Source: Candidatus Moraniibacteriota bacterium (lineage in GTDB: Bacteria > Patescibacteriota > Minisyncoccia > Moranbacterales > UBA1568). Taken from it: 64,000 bases of DNA. The DNA lies in the NCBI GenBank assembly GCA_016699975.1, contig CP064994.1:711828-775827 (forward strand). The letters run 5' to 3'. Of the stretch, positions 39,056-49,074 are shown piece by piece. The notes below the pieces were generated by a model, which worked only from the letters and a program-made list of their open reading frames with translations, was not told the origin of the DNA and ran no database searches. The translations under genes were made by a program, and so were the position numbers. How positions within the stretch are numbered: position 1 is the stretch's first letter; each line of letters opens with the position of its first letter.

Positions 39056-39082
39056 TTAGCACTCGTCAAGTGTGAGTGCTAA
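39056..39082. promoter_or_regulatory. CIRCE operator (HrcA binding site)
   Basis: TTAGCACTC-GTCAAGTGT-GAGTGCTAA is an exact 9-N9-9 CIRCE consensus. It lies 21 bp upstream of the hrcA start codon. Confidence 0.9.
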
Positions 39083-39365
39083 TTTCGTGATCTCCGGTAT
39101 TTTTGGCTTTAATAAGCCGCCGAGGAGAGCGAGGGGCAGGGTCGTACCCACCGGGAGAGAGCGAATGACACCGAAGAAGGCGGCGAAGTCCAAGGTACAT
39201 TCCTCGCAGGACACCAAAGCGCTCAAGGGACTCGCGCATATACTCGGAACACGACGGGAAGAAGCGACACACACGAAGCGGAAGTATCTTTCCAAGAGCT
39301 CCATGCTCCAAGGAAAGTGTTTTTTGGTAGAGGCGGAGAAGTGCAAGAAGAACTGCTTTCAGCAT
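39066..39365 (-). CDS. yidD: membrane protein insertion efficiency factor YidD
   Basis: The [11 protein letters not shown] motif matches the YidD CRFxPSCSxY signature. About 99 aa counted from the internal Met. Confidence 0.7.
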   Translation of the reverse strand: MLKAVLLALLRLYQKTLSLEHGALGKILPLRVCRFFPSCSEYMRESLERFGVLRGMYLGLRRLLRCHSLSPGGYDPAPRSPRRLIKAKNTGDHEISTHT

Positions 39366-39443
39366 AAAAATTTCCGGAAAAAATTTCTTCGGAGCACATC
39401 GTGATATAATAAAAAAACTTTTCTCCATTCGATACGCAATTCC

Positions 39444-40351
39444 ATGAAATCACTTTCTTTCGGAAAAGTCACGTGGATTGATGTCACTGATCCGGGACCA
39501 ACCGACATCCTTCATCTTCAAGAACATTTTAATGTTCATCCTGTTGCGATCGAAGAATTTTCGACGCCAACCTATCAGCCAAAGGCACTCGGATTCGAGA
39601 ATTGCCTGTTCCTCTCAGTTCATATTCCCCTTTTAATATTGAGAGTCGTACCACCTATCCGGGCGAAGTCGACATTATTCTTACCGCTACCCACCTCATC
39701 ACGGGACACAAAAGCGACATTTTTCAGATCAATGATTTTTTCTCTTCTCTCGAAAAGATCGAAGGAAGACAAAGACTCTTCATGAGCGAGACACCCGCCC
39801 ACCTCATGTACCACTTGCTTGAAAATCTGTTCGGTTCGTGTTTCCCTCGACTCGACCATATCGCAAAAAATCTCGACGCGATCGAAGACAACGTTTTTCA
39901 TGGAAAAGAAAAAGAAATGGTCTTCGAGATTTCTGTTGTGAAGCGCGATATCCTGAATTTCCGACGCACCCTGAAGCCGCAACGCTCTATTATTGAATCT
40001 CTTTTTCAGAAGCAAAGTCCGTTTATTCCCGACGGACTCAAGGTCTATTTTCAAGATCTGATCGGCACAAACATCCGTCTGTGGAATATTCTGGAGAACA
40101 ACAAAGAAATTATCGAGTCGCTTGAAGCAACAAACAACTCCCTCCTCTCCAACAAGCTCGATCTCACAATGAAGGTGCTCACCATCTTTTCAGCGATCAT
40201 GCTGCCGATGACCGTCTACTCGAATATTCTCGCGATGAGCGCGAGCATTCCTTTCGGACACAGTCCCTACGCCTTTTGGATTCACGTGAGCATCATGCTT
40301 CTCATTTCTTGTATCACAATTGTTATTTTTCGCATGAGAAAATGGTTCTAA
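39444..40351 (+). CDS. corA: CorA-family divalent cation transporter (split by an indel in a CCCC/TTTT run at 39627-39634)
   Basis: The N-terminal ORF ([28 protein letters not shown]) and the C-terminal ORF (two TM helices, [14 protein letters not shown] in place of the GMN loop) are both CorA-like. Confidence 0.65.
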
Positions 40352-40357
40352 AAAAAT

Positions 40358-41902
40358 ATGAAGCCTGTTGCTCTTTCTTTGGTTTTCATTTCCTTCTTTC
40401 TTTTCTTCCCATTCTTCAGGATTGCACAGGGAGCAACGTATACTGCAATAAGTTGCTCAAGAGTCGATGTCCAATCAGCGATAGATACATCAATGAATGG
40501 AGATATCATTAGCATTCCCGCCGGCACTTGTTCGTGGAGCGATCCGGTCTCCATTGTCGGTAAAACCATCACACTCCAGGGTGCAGGCTCAACTCCTGCA
40601 GGAACCGTCATCAACTATTCCGGAACAAACCACAGTCTCATTGCAATTGACCCAGGAACACAGAGGGGCTCTCTCACAATTTCAGGTTTTCGCTTTGTAG
40701 GAGGAGATCCAAATTACTGGGGTGGAATGCATATTCAATTTAGTGGTCCCGACGAATGGAGGGGTCTCCGTATCCATCACAATGTTTTTATCGGATCACA
40801 GAATAATGTCATTCGCGGTTCGACCGAAACAGAGGGGTTGATTGACAATAATATATTTGAAGGGTCATCTCACTCTATCCAACTCGATGGAAGGGGTTCC
40901 GACGACTGGAATCGACCTATCGCTTACGGAAGCGCGGGTTTCTTTTTTGTAGAGAACAATACATTCAACAATGACGATACTTATGGCAATACAGGCTGGT
41001 TCGCCGTTGATGTAACGAATGGAGGAAGAAATGTTTTTCGCTATAATACTCTCCGAAACAGCTTCTGGGAGAATCACGATCGATGCCGCAGTGGACTCCC
41101 CTCTTCGAGAGCATTTGAAATCTACAATAACAATTTCACAAAAGACAGTGTGGGACATAAGGCAATAGACCTTTCAAGTGGTGACGGGGTTATTTTCCAA
41201 AATAACTTCAGTCTCTCTTGGAATGTTCCGATCGGCGCATACAAAGGCGGTGACGAAAGCTGCCTACTCCCCCCAAATGAGATTCCGGGAGCTCTCGCTC
41301 CTATTTATACCTGGGAGAATACTCTCAATACCGGAGGTTCAGCGAATACAGTATTCTGCACGAGTAGTATCGAACTGTGCAGTCAAATGAATTTCCAAGA
41401 AGGAGAACCAATGCCCAGCTACAGCCCGTATATTTACCCTCACCCCCTTGCTTCTTCCACCCCCACCTTCTCCCCCTGCTCTACCCTCACTCCTTCTTCT
41501 TCTCTCCCCGGAGGCTATGGCAGTCCCTTTGACCTCTTTCTTTCAAATACGCCTCTTGTTGCTGCAGAGTGTACTTCAAGTGACATCCATACCCTGAAGG
41601 CAACGATAGGGATTCCTGGAAATCAAACACGAGTCTCGTACACAAAGGGGTATTGGTACAATCCTGGAACCAGTAGCTGGGTTGAGTACACCGGGGCTTG
41701 TAGTGGCACACAGAATGGAAACTGGTGCCAGGGACCTGTCACGGCAACAGTGACTCATGCGAATATTGATACAACGAGTGCCCAGACACCCGTTACCTTT
41801 GTCGGGATGACCTGCTCTGTACAAAACGGTGCCTGGAAGTGTGGGTGTCGGGATACTTCCTGTTCCTCCTTCTTGTGGCAGGTGCAGGGAGCGGGGAGGT
41901 AG
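40358..41902 (+). CDS. secreted right-handed parallel beta-helix (pectin-lyase-fold) protein with the shared C-terminal Cys/Trp-rich domain
   Basis: Signal peptide (MKPVALSLVFISFFLFFPFFRIAQGA). Repeated beta-helix rungs (NNVIRGS, IDNNIFEGS, VENNTFNND, FRYNTLRNS). The C-terminal approximately 150 aa (PTFSPCSTLTPSSSLPGGYG...NGNWCQGPV...CSVQNGAWKCGCRDTSCSSFLWQVQ) are shared with gene 22814..24760. Confidence 0.6.
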   Translation: MKPVALSLVFISFFLFFPFFRIAQGATYTAISCSRVDVQSAIDTSMNGDIISIPAGTCSWSDPVSIVGKTITLQGAGSTPAGTVINYSGTNHSLIAIDPGTQRGSLTISGFRFVGGDPNYWGGMHIQFSGPDEWRGLRIHHNVFIGSQNNVIRGSTETEGLIDNNIFEGSSHSIQLDGRGSDDWNRPIAYGSAGFFFVENNTFNNDDTYGNTGWFAVDVTNGGRNVFRYNTLRNSFWENHDRCRSGLPSSRAFEIYNNNFTKDSVGHKAIDLSSGDGVIFQNNFSLSWNVPIGAYKGGDESCLLPPNEIPGALAPIYTWENTLNTGGSANTVFCTSSIELCSQMNFQEGEPMPSYSPYIYPHPLASSTPTFSPCSTLTPSSSLPGGYGSPFDLFLSNTPLVAAECTSSDIHTLKATIGIPGNQTRVSYTKGYWYNPGTSSWVEYTGACSGTQNGNWCQGPVTATVTHANIDTTSAQTPVTFVGMTCSVQNGAWKCGCRDTSCSSFLWQVQGAGR

Positions 41903-41906
41903 GGGG
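41460..41906. repeat. inverted repeat copy B (partner of 22526..22974)
   Basis: See copy A. This copy is in frame within the 514-aa ORF. Confidence 0.85.
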
Positions 41907-42052
41907 TTTACATGTTCAAGTTAAGAAAGATAAAAAAAGAGGGAAGAAAAATTTTTGTCGCCTGAACCAAACAAAAATCATGGACGAACGAACAATTCTT
42001 CGTAAGAATATATACTCGCCACAAACAAGAAAGAGCACCTGAGAAAACCTTC

Positions 42053-43033
42053 ATGGCTACCCCCCTCCTCCGGAACGACCCCTCAAAAAAACCATCGCGA
42101 ACAACTCGCCGCTTTCGCGCGATGGGAACCGAAGCCTATATTGAAATTGTCCATACCAAAGAAAGACAAGATGATGCCGAAGCTGCACTCGCAAAAATCG
42201 TCGAGCTCTGTTTCGAAAAAGTCAGTATCTTTAATCGATTCGATCCCGAGAGCGAACTGTGTTTTTTGAACGCACACTTGGGAGAATTTCGAGATGCTTC
42301 CCCCGATATGATTACGGTCGCCTTGCATGCGATCGATTTTCATCACGAAAGTGCCGGGCTTTTCGATCCACGTATCCTCTCGGCACTCAAGCGAGCAGGA
42401 TACACATCCGATTTTTCCCAAGGACTTTCCCTTTTCAAAAAACCCTCTCTCTTCTTTTCGTCATCAAATAGGCACACGCTGAGGAGAGACCTCCACGTGT
42501 GGGGAGAGCGTGTACGATTCGATGTGCCGCTCGATTTTTCGGGAATTGCCAAGGGCTACATTCTCGATATACTCGCACGACGTCTTCGCAACGACGGATG
42601 GCAGAATTTTCTCATTGATGCCGGCGCAGACATAGTGCTCTCCGGAGTAAACGTTCAAAACGAATACTGGCGCATCGACGCAGAAGGAGTCTCGCCTGCC
42701 TCCATCCTTGCGGTTCGAGATATGGCGATCGCCACGTCCGGTATCACAAGGCGCCAGTGGATCGATACGGAAGGGAATCGCTATCACCATTTGATTCACC
42801 CGAAACATCCTTTGGAATTTTCTTTCGATCTTCTCTCAGTCACCGCCCTCTCCGAAAATGCCGAGCGCTCCGATTTCCTCGCAAAAATTCTCTTCCTCAT
42901 GGGAAGAGAAGCGGGTCAGGCGTTCGCCACAAAGCATCGTATTCCCGCCATTTTTCTTGAAGAGAGAAATGGGCGAACCGTTCTTTTCAAAACACCGGAG
43001 GCGACTCGACTCTTATGCAAGACACAAAAATAA
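42053..43033 (+). CDS. apbE: FAD:protein FMN transferase (ApbE family)
   Basis: MGTEAYIEIVH start and a central IAKGYILDILARRL...IDAGADIVLSG block typical of ApbE flavin transferases. Confidence 0.8.
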   Translation: MATPLLRNDPSKKPSRTTRRFRAMGTEAYIEIVHTKERQDDAEAALAKIVELCFEKVSIFNRFDPESELCFLNAHLGEFRDASPDMITVALHAIDFHHESAGLFDPRILSALKRAGYTSDFSQGLSLFKKPSLFFSSSNRHTLRRDLHVWGERVRFDVPLDFSGIAKGYILDILARRLRNDGWQNFLIDAGADIVLSGVNVQNEYWRIDAEGVSPASILAVRDMAIATSGITRRQWIDTEGNRYHHLIHPKHPLEFSFDLLSVTALSENAERSDFLAKILFLMGREAGQAFATKHRIPAIFLEERNGRTVLFKTPEATRLLCKTQK

Positions 43034-43097
43034 TGAGGGAGATCTTCCCTTTCCCCTCTTCCGTTCAGTAAAAAAAAGAAAAGCACGTATCAATCCT

Positions 43098-43870
43098 TCA
43101 CTCATCTTTCATGTGCGGCATGTCGCATTCGAATTCGTATCGAAGGCGACAGATGCGCGAAACAAATCTCCAAAGAATTTCGGGCGGAACCGTAATCGTT
43201 TCTCGCGCACAACGAGCTTTCAATTCTTCGGCTTCATCGGGAGCGAAATAGCCGTGATGCCGATAGGCATCGATACGAATTCGAATGCTGTCCGGATTGA
43301 GCTCGGGATGAAATTGCGAAGCATACACATTGGTGCCCACACAGATCATCTGCACCGGACACAGAGGTGACGTTGCAAGCAGTGTTGCCCCGAGCGGAGT
43401 CGTCTCGCATGCTTCTTTGTGTCCCGTAAAAGCGCGAAACGGCGAGGGAAGTCCCGAAAGAAGCGGATCACAATTCCCTTCGTCAGTCACGAAAATATCA
43501 GTGGGTCCGGCCGCTTCCGCGAAAGCGTTTTTCGATACGTTCGTGCCGAGCAAAGTTGCAAGAATTCCAAGCCCGTAACACGCGCCAAAAAATGGCATAT
43601 CTCACTCCAGAATTTCCCCAAGAAGCGATCGAAATCGACTCTCGGCACCGCGTTCAACCACACTCTTCTTGTACAGAGGATCGCTCACATGAAACGATCC
43701 GCCGCCCGCCCAGATCCCCCGCATACTAAGCAAGTGACCGCGACGGCATTTCACCTTTTTCCCTTCGCACACATTCAACTTCTTCGCGCGAAAGTTGCCC
43801 CCAGCAAAGAACCGACGCGAGTTCTCCGTTTGCCGCTTCATCTTCTTCGGGGCGAAACAATAAGAGAAGA
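43098..43870 (-). CDS. class I glutamine amidotransferase-like protein (fragmented by frameshift)
   Basis: The N-terminal fragment MKKQLLLLLFRPEEDEAANGEL lies at the end of ORF 43726..44409. The C-terminal ORF has the nucleophile elbow FFGACYGLGIL and the HxE region (QFHPELN). Confidence 0.5.
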
Positions 43871-44269
43871 AGTTGTTTCTTCATAGTTTCTGAGAAACAG
43901 AAAACTCCGACACACTTTTTTCTTTTCCACTCAAGGAGCGCATTCCTCCCCGCTTCCCTTGCTCCGGAAAAAGAAAATCCGCCGTGCACGCCGCACGACG
44001 GATTAAGAAAGTTGTTACTCTTGTGATTCGAGATACTGTTTGGAGTACCCCGATAACAGGAAGGGAAAGATCGCGATGATTTCTCCACTTTGGGCACGGA
44101 GCGCAGAGACGAGAAGAAGTTGTCCCGCAAGAAGAAGCGGTGCCGATGGAGTCCGGGGCGATAGAGTTCCCTCGCAACGTTTCGCAGCCGCTCTATCACT
44201 TCTTTCATCGCCTCCGAAATACCAGAAAATTCTCGAGTGAGGTACTCCCTGAAACCAGGCGTGGTCATA

Positions 44270-45616
44270 TCAAACCATCTTTCCCACGAAAGTTTCGAAA
44301 TTTTTTTCGAGCATGTCGTCGGAAAAAATTTCCGAAGTACGCTCGGAGATGAAGATGAGAACTGGTGATTTCGCAAGAGAATCAAAATCGTTTCCAAAAA
44401 TTTCAGCAATGATCTCCTCTTCTGCGCTCGGGAAACGCCCCGACAAACGATTCATTCGAACAATGCCGCTCGCAAAACTGGCAACATACGCTATATTTCC
44501 GCCCGGAAGAATTGGGAACGGGGTGGCGGCAGAATAAGGCCCACGGGCATAATTTGTGGCAACGACAACTGTCTCGCGGTGCAAACTGAACGGATAGACT
44601 CCATCACGATTCAGCAAAAAAGCAAGAACCGCATTCGACAAAAAGAGGCGAGCTGCGACGCGAATCTTCAACGGATCAGCATCACGATCTCTTCGGCGTA
44701 CCTCTTCTTCGACGAGAGGAAGCGCTTCCTCTGAAATCGAATGAATCGCCTTCCAGAGAGCACGGATACTTGAGGCATACCAACGCTCAAAGTCTAAAGA
44801 AGGCACCATATCGCGACCCAATTTTTCTCGAAAGAGGCGCCCCAGTATTCTTCCTTCTTTCGTCCAGAGTTCCGTTGAAAGTATGGCTCCTTTTTTCCCT
44901 GCTCTTTCAAGAACTGCCTCCGTCAAAACGGTCGAGGGTGAACTATTTTCGAGAAACTGAGGAAGTCCCGCATACAAAAACCCCCTTATGAACGTCGAAG
45001 GACGTTTGAAGAACGAGAACTTTTCTCGCGCTTCTTCGCCGAATCGCTTCTCCAAAAAACGAAAGAGCGCTTCGACGATTGCCGACTTTCGCTCAACATC
45101 TGCTCGAAGACCACCGTCTTCGCACGCCTTGCCATACCATTGTTTTTGTTCTTCAGCTTTTGCCGCGCACCCCAAATGGCTATCAAGAACGAGTACTATT
45201 TTCCCAAATTGTTGAATGCCATCAAGAATCGCTTTTGTGAAATCGCCTTCTCTCAAAAAGAGTTTTCCGTCTTCTTGAAGAAGCGCATCACTTATGTCGC
45301 CCGCCGGCGTTCGGAAGGCTCCAAACGAAAATCCGAATACGGTTTCCGAAAGTACGCGGCCATCGATACAGAGCGTGAGGTAAAAAGACTCGAGAGGAAT
45401 TTCGAAAAACGCTTCGGCAATTTTCTTCGCCTCGGCGAATTCATCAGAAGTAAAATCATGAACGCGCGCATTTCTCGTCGCTATCAATGATTTAAGAAGG
45501 AACCGAAAATACTCCAAAGACTTCGAATCACCCGGAAGGGCAGGATACTTCTCAGGAACCGCACGCAAATAAGAATCAATCGCCACCATAAGAGATCTCC
45601 CAAAGAAGGGCATCAA
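44270..45616 (-). CDS. conserved hypothetical protein (448 aa)
   Basis: Long uninterrupted ORF with a soluble composition. No motif recognised with confidence. Confidence 0.4.
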   Translation of the reverse strand: MMPFFGRSLMVAIDSYLRAVPEKYPALPGDSKSLEYFRFLLKSLIATRNARVHDFTSDEFAEAKKIAEAFFEIPLESFYLTLCIDGRVLSETVFGFSFGAFRTPAGDISDALLQEDGKLFLREGDFTKAILDGIQQFGKIVLVLDSHLGCAAKAEEQKQWYGKACEDGGLRADVERKSAIVEALFRFLEKRFGEEAREKFSFFKRPSTFIRGFLYAGLPQFLENSSPSTVLTEAVLERAGKKGAILSTELWTKEGRILGRLFREKLGRDMVPSLDFERWYASSIRALWKAIHSISEEALPLVEEEVRRRDRDADPLKIRVAARLFLSNAVLAFLLNRDGVYPFSLHRETVVVATNYARGPYSAATPFPILPGGNIAYVASFASGIVRMNRLSGRFPSAEEEIIAEIFGNDFDSLAKSPVLIFISERTSEIFSDDMLEKNFETFVGKMV

Positions 45617-45869
45617 TTGTTAAACTGTCGGGCTTTTCCGACAAACCGAGAAGAGTATAAAAGGAAAATCGAAGAAGCGCAAGAGAAGGACTTCCCCAAG
45701 GATTCTCCTCGATTCGACTCATTACATCACAAAGAAAAGCTCGCTCCAAGATAAAAAACGCGGGGAAGAAATACCACAGGCTCCTCGTACTGCACCCATA
45801 CTCTCCCCTCTCTTCTCACGAGCTCCCCTTATTTCTCGAAGAAAAAAGGGGGAAGGATGAAGCGAGATG

Positions 45870-46256
45870 TCAGTCTTTCATCGAATGAAGAGCAATCGCA
45901 TTTCCTTCGGAATCTTCGATCCAGGCAATATATCCGTTTTCGCCAATCGACTTTCGCGGGAGAATAACAGGAACACCCATTTGCTCCGCTTTCTCGATCG
46001 CTTTTCGGACATTTTCCTCGGGAGCTGTAAAGTAGAGGATCGATCCGTGGTGAGAAGGAGTATAGCCCGTCCCCAACATAAGTGCGCCCGGCGCACCGTA
46101 AGCATCCCTCACGGATGGGAAAAAACTGAGAAGATACCCGCCCTCCATTTCCATTCTTTTTTCAAACGAAAAACCGAAAAAATCTTTATAAAATTTTTCC
46201 GCACGATCCATATTCGTGACCGGTACTTCGAACCAGCCAACAGGATTAGCATTCAT
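45870..46256 (-). CDS. VOC-family (glyoxalase / bleomycin-resistance fold) protein
   Basis: Starts MNANPVGWFEVPV and ends NAIALHS, typical of single-domain glyoxalase-like proteins. Confidence 0.7.
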   Translation of the reverse strand: MNANPVGWFEVPVTNMDRAEKFYKDFFGFSFEKRMEMEGGYLLSFFPSVRDAYGAPGALMLGTGYTPSHHGSILYFTAPEENVRKAIEKAEQMGVPVILPRKSIGENGYIAWIEDSEGNAIALHSMKD

Positions 46257-46316
46257 AGGCGTACTATAAGAAATTATTTTCCCTTTGCAGAATGATAGCA
46301 CCAAATCCCTGGGGAA

Positions 46317-46568
46317 TCACGAGGGGAATGAAGCGGTGAGTTCGACATCGAAATCCGTCTTCTCCGCCGGCGCTTCTCCACCTCCTGGAGCTCCCGCTCC
46401 CGGCATCATACCTCCCATCATAACGGGCGCTGCTGCCGACACACCAAACTTTTCTTCGAGCACTTTGACGAGTTCCGAAAGATCAAGGACACTCATCTTT
46501 TCGATTTCTTCAACCAACTTCGCAAACTTGGCGGGCACTTCCACCGCCTCTTTTTTTTCTTCCGACAT
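46317..46568 (-). CDS. rplL: ribosomal protein L7/L12, N-terminal domain and hinge only (C-terminal domain absent)
   Basis: [49 protein letters not shown]...[16 protein letters not shown] is the L12 dimerisation domain, Ala/Gly hinge and the first CTD residues. It then stops, with only 60 bp before the next gene. No CTD is found in any frame. Confidence 0.65.
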   Translation of the reverse strand: MSEEKKEAVEVPAKFAKLVEEIEKMSVLDLSELVKVLEEKFGVSAAAPVMMGGMMPGAGAPGGGEAPAEKTDFDVELTASFPS

Positions 46569-46706
46569 ACGCATTATGAGTAAAAAATTACATGAGAATT
46601 CTTTCTTCCGACACAATTCCCCCACTTTTCTTTATGGAGATTCTTCTCTCTTTCTCTTCCAAATTGAGAAGAGGAAAATCTCCGAACATTTCCTTGAGCT
46701 ATCCAT

Positions 46707-47225
46707 CTAGGCACTCTTTTGTTCTGACACCTGTTGGAGCACACGAACCAATCCGGAAATATTTCCCGAGAGAGTTCGCGCAAATCCCGCAATCGGCGCC
46801 TGGAGCGTTCCCGCAAGCTTCGCCCTGAGTTCAGTGAGCGAGGGAAGTTTCGAGAGCGCAAGCACCTCCTCGGTCGACAGGACTTTTTCTCCAAGCGTCC
46901 CCGCGGACACGACGAGCGCTTTATGTTTCTTCGAAAACTCGACAAGAGTTTTCGCAGCCGAAACTTCGTCGGGCGAAAACGCAGTCACGATTTGTCCGGG
47001 AAGCGTCTTCGCATCGAGAGAAACACCAACCGAACGAAGCGCGATTGAAAGAAGTGTTTTCTTCATGACCCGAAGCGAACCCCCCATTTTACGCATCTCT
47101 CGCTGGAGTTCCATCGATTCCTTTACGGTGAGCCCCGCATACCCCGCAAAAACCAACGATTTCGACGTCTGAATACACTCCGTCACCTGGGAGACGATTT
47201 CTTCCTTCTGTTGTTTGGTTTGCAT
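46707..47225 (-). CDS. rplJ: ribosomal protein L10
   Basis: MQTKQQKEEIVSQVTECIQTSKSLVFAGYAGLTVKESMELQREMRK matches the L10 N terminus. Start at the internal Met, with a long leader upstream. Confidence 0.85.
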   Translation of the reverse strand: MQTKQQKEEIVSQVTECIQTSKSLVFAGYAGLTVKESMELQREMRKMGGSLRVMKKTLLSIALRSVGVSLDAKTLPGQIVTAFSPDEVSAAKTLVEFSKKHKALVVSAGTLGEKVLSTEEVLALSKLPSLTELRAKLAGTLQAPIAGFARTLSGNISGLVRVLQQVSEQKSA

Positions 47226-47642
47226 AAATATCTTTTCTTGCTCTTCATTATCATTCTTCTCATTTCTCAGGAAAAGATTCGACCGATCTTTCCCCGTTCC
47301 ATTTTTTCGTACAAAAAAATCCGCCTTCCGCGGACCACGAACGAGTACTCTCAAAGCCGAACACAGAGAAAGAGGCGGCTTCGACATTTCCTCGTGAGGA
47401 TATTGCACGCCTCGATTCAGCGAATACGAAGCGAAACCTCAGGTCTTTGGAATATTCGACACTCTCGTTTTTTCTTTTTTCCTTTCTTTCTTTTTCTTCA
47501 ACTTCTCACTTATCGATATTTGTGCCAAGACTCTTCGAGACGAGGCGCGATAGATAATCGAAAAATTTTGGAAAGAAGAAAGGAATGCTAGAACGATCTC
47601 TCTTCAACTTCTCTCACGAAATCACATTCACGTCACCTTCTT

Positions 47643-47960
47643 TTATTTTTTTCCACTCTCTTCGGCAGCATCAACAGGGGCTTCTTTCGCGACTGCTTTC
47701 GGCATTTTCACTTTTTGCTTCGGTTCCTTCAGAATTCCTTCCCGAACGAAGAGATTGTGTGCCGTAAGAGATGCCTGGGCGCCCTTCTCAATCCAATGAA
47801 GAATACGTTCTTGCCGAAGTACTGATTTTTTGGAAGTAGGATCGTAACTCCCCAAAACTTCTACATGCCGTCCTCCCGGCGCTACGGTATGTTCCTGAAG
47901 CACCACGCGAAAACTCGGGCGATGTTTTCTTCCCACACGGTTGAATCGAATCGTAAGCAT
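47643..47960 (-). CDS. rpsP: ribosomal protein S16
   Basis: MLTIRFNRVGRKHRPSFRVVL...HWIEKGAQAS matches S16, with a Lys/Ala-rich C-terminal tail. Confidence 0.85.
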   Translation of the reverse strand: MLTIRFNRVGRKHRPSFRVVLQEHTVAPGGRHVEVLGSYDPTSKKSVLRQERILHWIEKGAQASLTAHNLFVREGILKEPKQKVKMPKAVAKEAPVDAAEESGKK

Positions 47961-48150
47961 AAAAAATTCGCTCTAGAAAGCTTTCCCCCACTCTATCGCA
48001 CCAATCATGCACTGTCAAGCCTCGAGCCCCCGCTCTTTTTTCTCTCTTTCCCCCATTCGTCTTCGTTGGAGTTGGCGGGTGACGAGAGATATGGTACAGT
48101 AAAAAACTTTAGAATTCGAAGAGCTAAAACCCAACAATCCAAAATTTCCC

Positions 48151-49074
48151 ATGTCCATCCTCTCTGCTTCTCATCTTTCAAAAACATATTCAAGCGGTGT
48201 GCGAGCACTCGACGACCTTTCTCTCGATATTCAGTCGGGAGAAATTTTTGCTCTTCTCGGCCCAAATGGTGCCGGGAAAACAACATTCATCGGTATCATA
48301 GCGGGACTCGTAAAGAAAACGTCTGGCTCCGCCACAATCGACGGCTACGATTTCGAGCGCCATTGGCGCGAGGCAAGAACGCGAATTGGCCTCGTCCCGC
48401 AGGAAATTCACCTCGATATTTTCCTCTCTGCGGAAACAATTCTCAAAAATCAACGCGGCTTCCATGGAAAACGCCCGAACCCCAGACTGGTCGAAAAACT
48501 GCTGAAAGAATTTTCCCTCTTCGAGAAAAAAGATGAGGAAGTCCGCTCCCTCTCGGGTGGTATGAAGCGCCGCGTCCTCATTGCAAAAGCGCTCGTCACC
48601 GAGCCCAAAATTCTCTTTCTGGACGAGCCGACCGCAGGGGTCGATGTCGAACTTCGGAAAGATATGTGGAATACCGTAAAGAGACTGAAAGATGAAGGAG
48701 TGACCGTCATTCTTACGACTCACTATATTGAAGAAGCCGAACTTCTCGCCGATCGAATTGGCATCATCAATAGTGGCCGACTGATCCTGGTCGAAGAAAA
48801 ACAAACGCTCATGAAGCGAATGAGCGAAAAAACCCTCGACATCTCGCTCAAGAACCCGCTTCCTCGCCTTCCCGAGCACCTTTCGATGCTTCCTCTTTCC
48901 CTATCATCGGATGGCCACACACTTACACTGCGATACTCCGCGGGCGAGAGAAATATTCCCGCTCTTCTTACCGAACTCGAAAAAGCGGGGATTTCGGTCG
49001 AAGATCTCTCCACCCAAGAAACCTCTCTCGAAGAAATATTCATAAACCTTACCCATAAGTCGGAAACCGTATGA
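48151..49074 (+). CDS. ABC transporter ATP-binding protein (ABC-2 / DrrA-like)
   Basis: Walker A GPNGAGKTT, signature LSGGMKRR, Walker B LFLDEPT, and a C-terminal accessory domain. Confidence 0.85.
   Translation: MSILSASHLSKTYSSGVRALDDLSLDIQSGEIFALLGPNGAGKTTFIGIIAGLVKKTSGSATIDGYDFERHWREARTRIGLVPQEIHLDIFLSAETILKNQRGFHGKRPNPRLVEKLLKEFSLFEKKDEEVRSLSGGMKRRVLIAKALVTEPKILFLDEPTAGVDVELRKDMWNTVKRLKDEGVTVILTTHYIEEAELLADRIGIINSGRLILVEEKQTLMKRMSEKTLDISLKNPLPRLPEHLSMLPLSLSSDGHTLTLRYSAGERNIPALLTELEKAGISVEDLSTQETSLEEIFINLTHKSETV

Noticed and set aside
43726-44409. 227-aa minus-strand ORF
   Set aside because: Only its last approximately 50 codons (MKKQLLLLLFRPEE...) are real, being the N terminus of the frameshifted GATase. 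The remainder overlaps the 448-aa gene in another frame and has a nonsense-like composition.
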